In this document: positions 44,871-45,891 of the stretch, in pieces
Layout of the letters: each line of letters starts with the position of its first letter
How positions within the stretch are numbered: the first letter of the stretch is position 1
Assembly: GCA_002339085.1 (NCBI GenBank)
Contig: DDDX01000073.1
Span: forward strand, 563 to 46,453
Length of the DNA stretch: 45,891 bases
Origin: Cellvibrionales bacterium UBA1969
Lineage (GTDB): Bacteria; Pseudomonadota; Gammaproteobacteria; Pseudomonadales; UBA7434
Direction of reading: 5' to 3'
Translations under genes and position numbers: made by a program
The notes under the pieces: model-generated
The model's database searches: none
Seen by the model: only the letters and a program-made list of their open reading frames with translations
Told to the model about the DNA's origin: nothing

Positions 44871-45722
44871 GTGACCACTTTTAAAAGTACTGCCAAATAT
44901 ATTGCTAGCGATGATCTTGCTATGTCAGTTAATGCTGCAATTGCCTTAGAAAAGCCTTTACTTATAAAGGGTGAGCCAGGTACTGGTAAGACCATGCTAG
45001 CCGAGCAAATTGCTGAGTCTACTGGTATGAGATTGATCCAGTGGCACATAAAATCGACCACTAAAGCGCATCAAGGGCTTTATGAGTATGATGCCGTTTC
45101 TCGGCTTCGGGATTCTCAGTTAGGCGATAATAAAGTGGCTGATGTAGCTAACTACATAAAAAAAGGCAAGCTTTGGGAGTCATTTGTTGCTGATGAGCGA
45201 GTGGTTTTATTGATTGATGAGATCGACAAAGCCGATATTGAATTTCCTAATGATCTGCTACAAGAGCTTGATAGAATGGAATTTTTTGTCTATGAGACAG
45301 GAGAGACGATAAAAGCGGTGAACCGGCCGGTCATTATTATCACTAGTAATAATGAAAAAGAGCTGCCGGATGCATTTTTGCGGAGGTGTTTTTTCCACTT
45401 TATTAACTTCCCTGATCGAGCTACCATGAAATCGATTGTTGATGTTCATTATCCTGAAATTCAAAAAAATCTCGTCGAACAGGCACTTGAGGTGTTCTTC
45501 GAACTAAGAGAGATACCCGGTTTGAAGAAGCGTCCTTCGACGTCTGAACTAATCGATTGGCTTAAACTGCTGATGTCTGACGATGTGCCCGATGACATCC
45601 TACAGCAACGCGATCAATCAAAGGCCATCCCGCCATTATATGGTGCGCTAATCAAAAACGAGCAAGACGTACAATTGCTTGAGCGATTAGCGTTTATGCA
45701 CCGTCGTGAAGGTTCGCGTTAA
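44871..45722 (+). CDS. Second MoxR-family AAA+ ATPase (CoxD-like type)
   Basis: GEPGTGKT, GLYEYDAVSRLRDSQ, LLIDEIDKADIEFPNDLL, ELPDAFLRRC. Confidence 0.92.
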   Translation: MTTFKSTAKYIASDDLAMSVNAAIALEKPLLIKGEPGTGKTMLAEQIAESTGMRLIQWHIKSTTKAHQGLYEYDAVSRLRDSQLGDNKVADVANYIKKGKLWESFVADERVVLLIDEIDKADIEFPNDLLQELDRMEFFVYETGETIKAVNRPVIIITSNNEKELPDAFLRRCFFHFINFPDRATMKSIVDVHYPEIQKNLVEQALEVFFELREIPGLKKRPSTSELIDWLKLLMSDDVPDDILQQRDQSKAIPPLYGALIKNEQDVQLLERLAFMHRREGSR

Positions 45723-45751
45723 ATACAGTCATGTATAAGGCGATCTTATAG

Positions 45752-45891
45752 ATGTTATTGAACCTCTTTGATACCCTGCGCCGCTACGGCGTACCTGTGA
45801 CCATCGGTGAATTTCTCGACTTACTACAAGCGCTAGATAAAAACTTAATATTTGCTGAACAAGAGAAGTTTTATCACATGTCGCGTATGAT
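45752..45891 (+). CDS. Probable vWA/CoxE-like partner protein, N-terminus only
   Basis: Frame MLLNLFDTLRRYGVPVTIGEFLDLLQAL...FYHMSR is open to the window edge. Resembles the N-terminus of proteins that follow this MoxR type. Confidence 0.7.
   Translation, partial: MLLNLFDTLRRYGVPVTIGEFLDLLQALDKNLIFAEQEKFYHMSRM

Noticed and set aside
44729-45061. 110-aa minus-strand ORF overlapping the second moxR
   Set aside because: Mostly antisense to a conserved gene, with no protein features.

Overview
A core-genome stretch of a gammaproteobacterial chromosome. Gene order resembles Pseudomonadales/Cellvibrionales (inferred from synteny only), and most genes are on the + strand. Left part: 5'-truncated dinB, an unknown lipoprotein, pyrG-kdsA-eno-ftsB-ispD-ispF-truD-pcm, then a LysR regulator divergent from leuC-leuD-asd. 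Middle: truA-trpF-trpB-trpA-accD-folC-dedD-cvpA-purF-metZ, DUF1289-miaE, an orphan molybdopterin oxidoreductase, ampG, and a minus-strand MoxR/DUF58/Bat operon. Right part: the SRP RNA gene ffs, dnaX-ybaB-recR-rnd-ycgL-ycgN, a membrane vWA protein, and a second MoxR-vWA pair cut by the window edge. I saw no CRISPR array, rRNA, tRNA, transposase or prophage gene. Most notable signals: (1) an A11 run in dnaX followed at once by stops in both shifted frames, suggesting slippage-made gamma subunit; (2) a ~108-nt rod-like hairpin with TATACC...GGTATA ends and a promoter-like element in the asd-truA gap (ncRNA or ERIC-like MITE); (3) a DUF1289/MiaE/orphan molybdoenzyme cluster; (4) absence of leuB, fimV, surE and nlpD-rpoS from their usual positions. 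I cannot show a new multi-gene system from the sequence alone.
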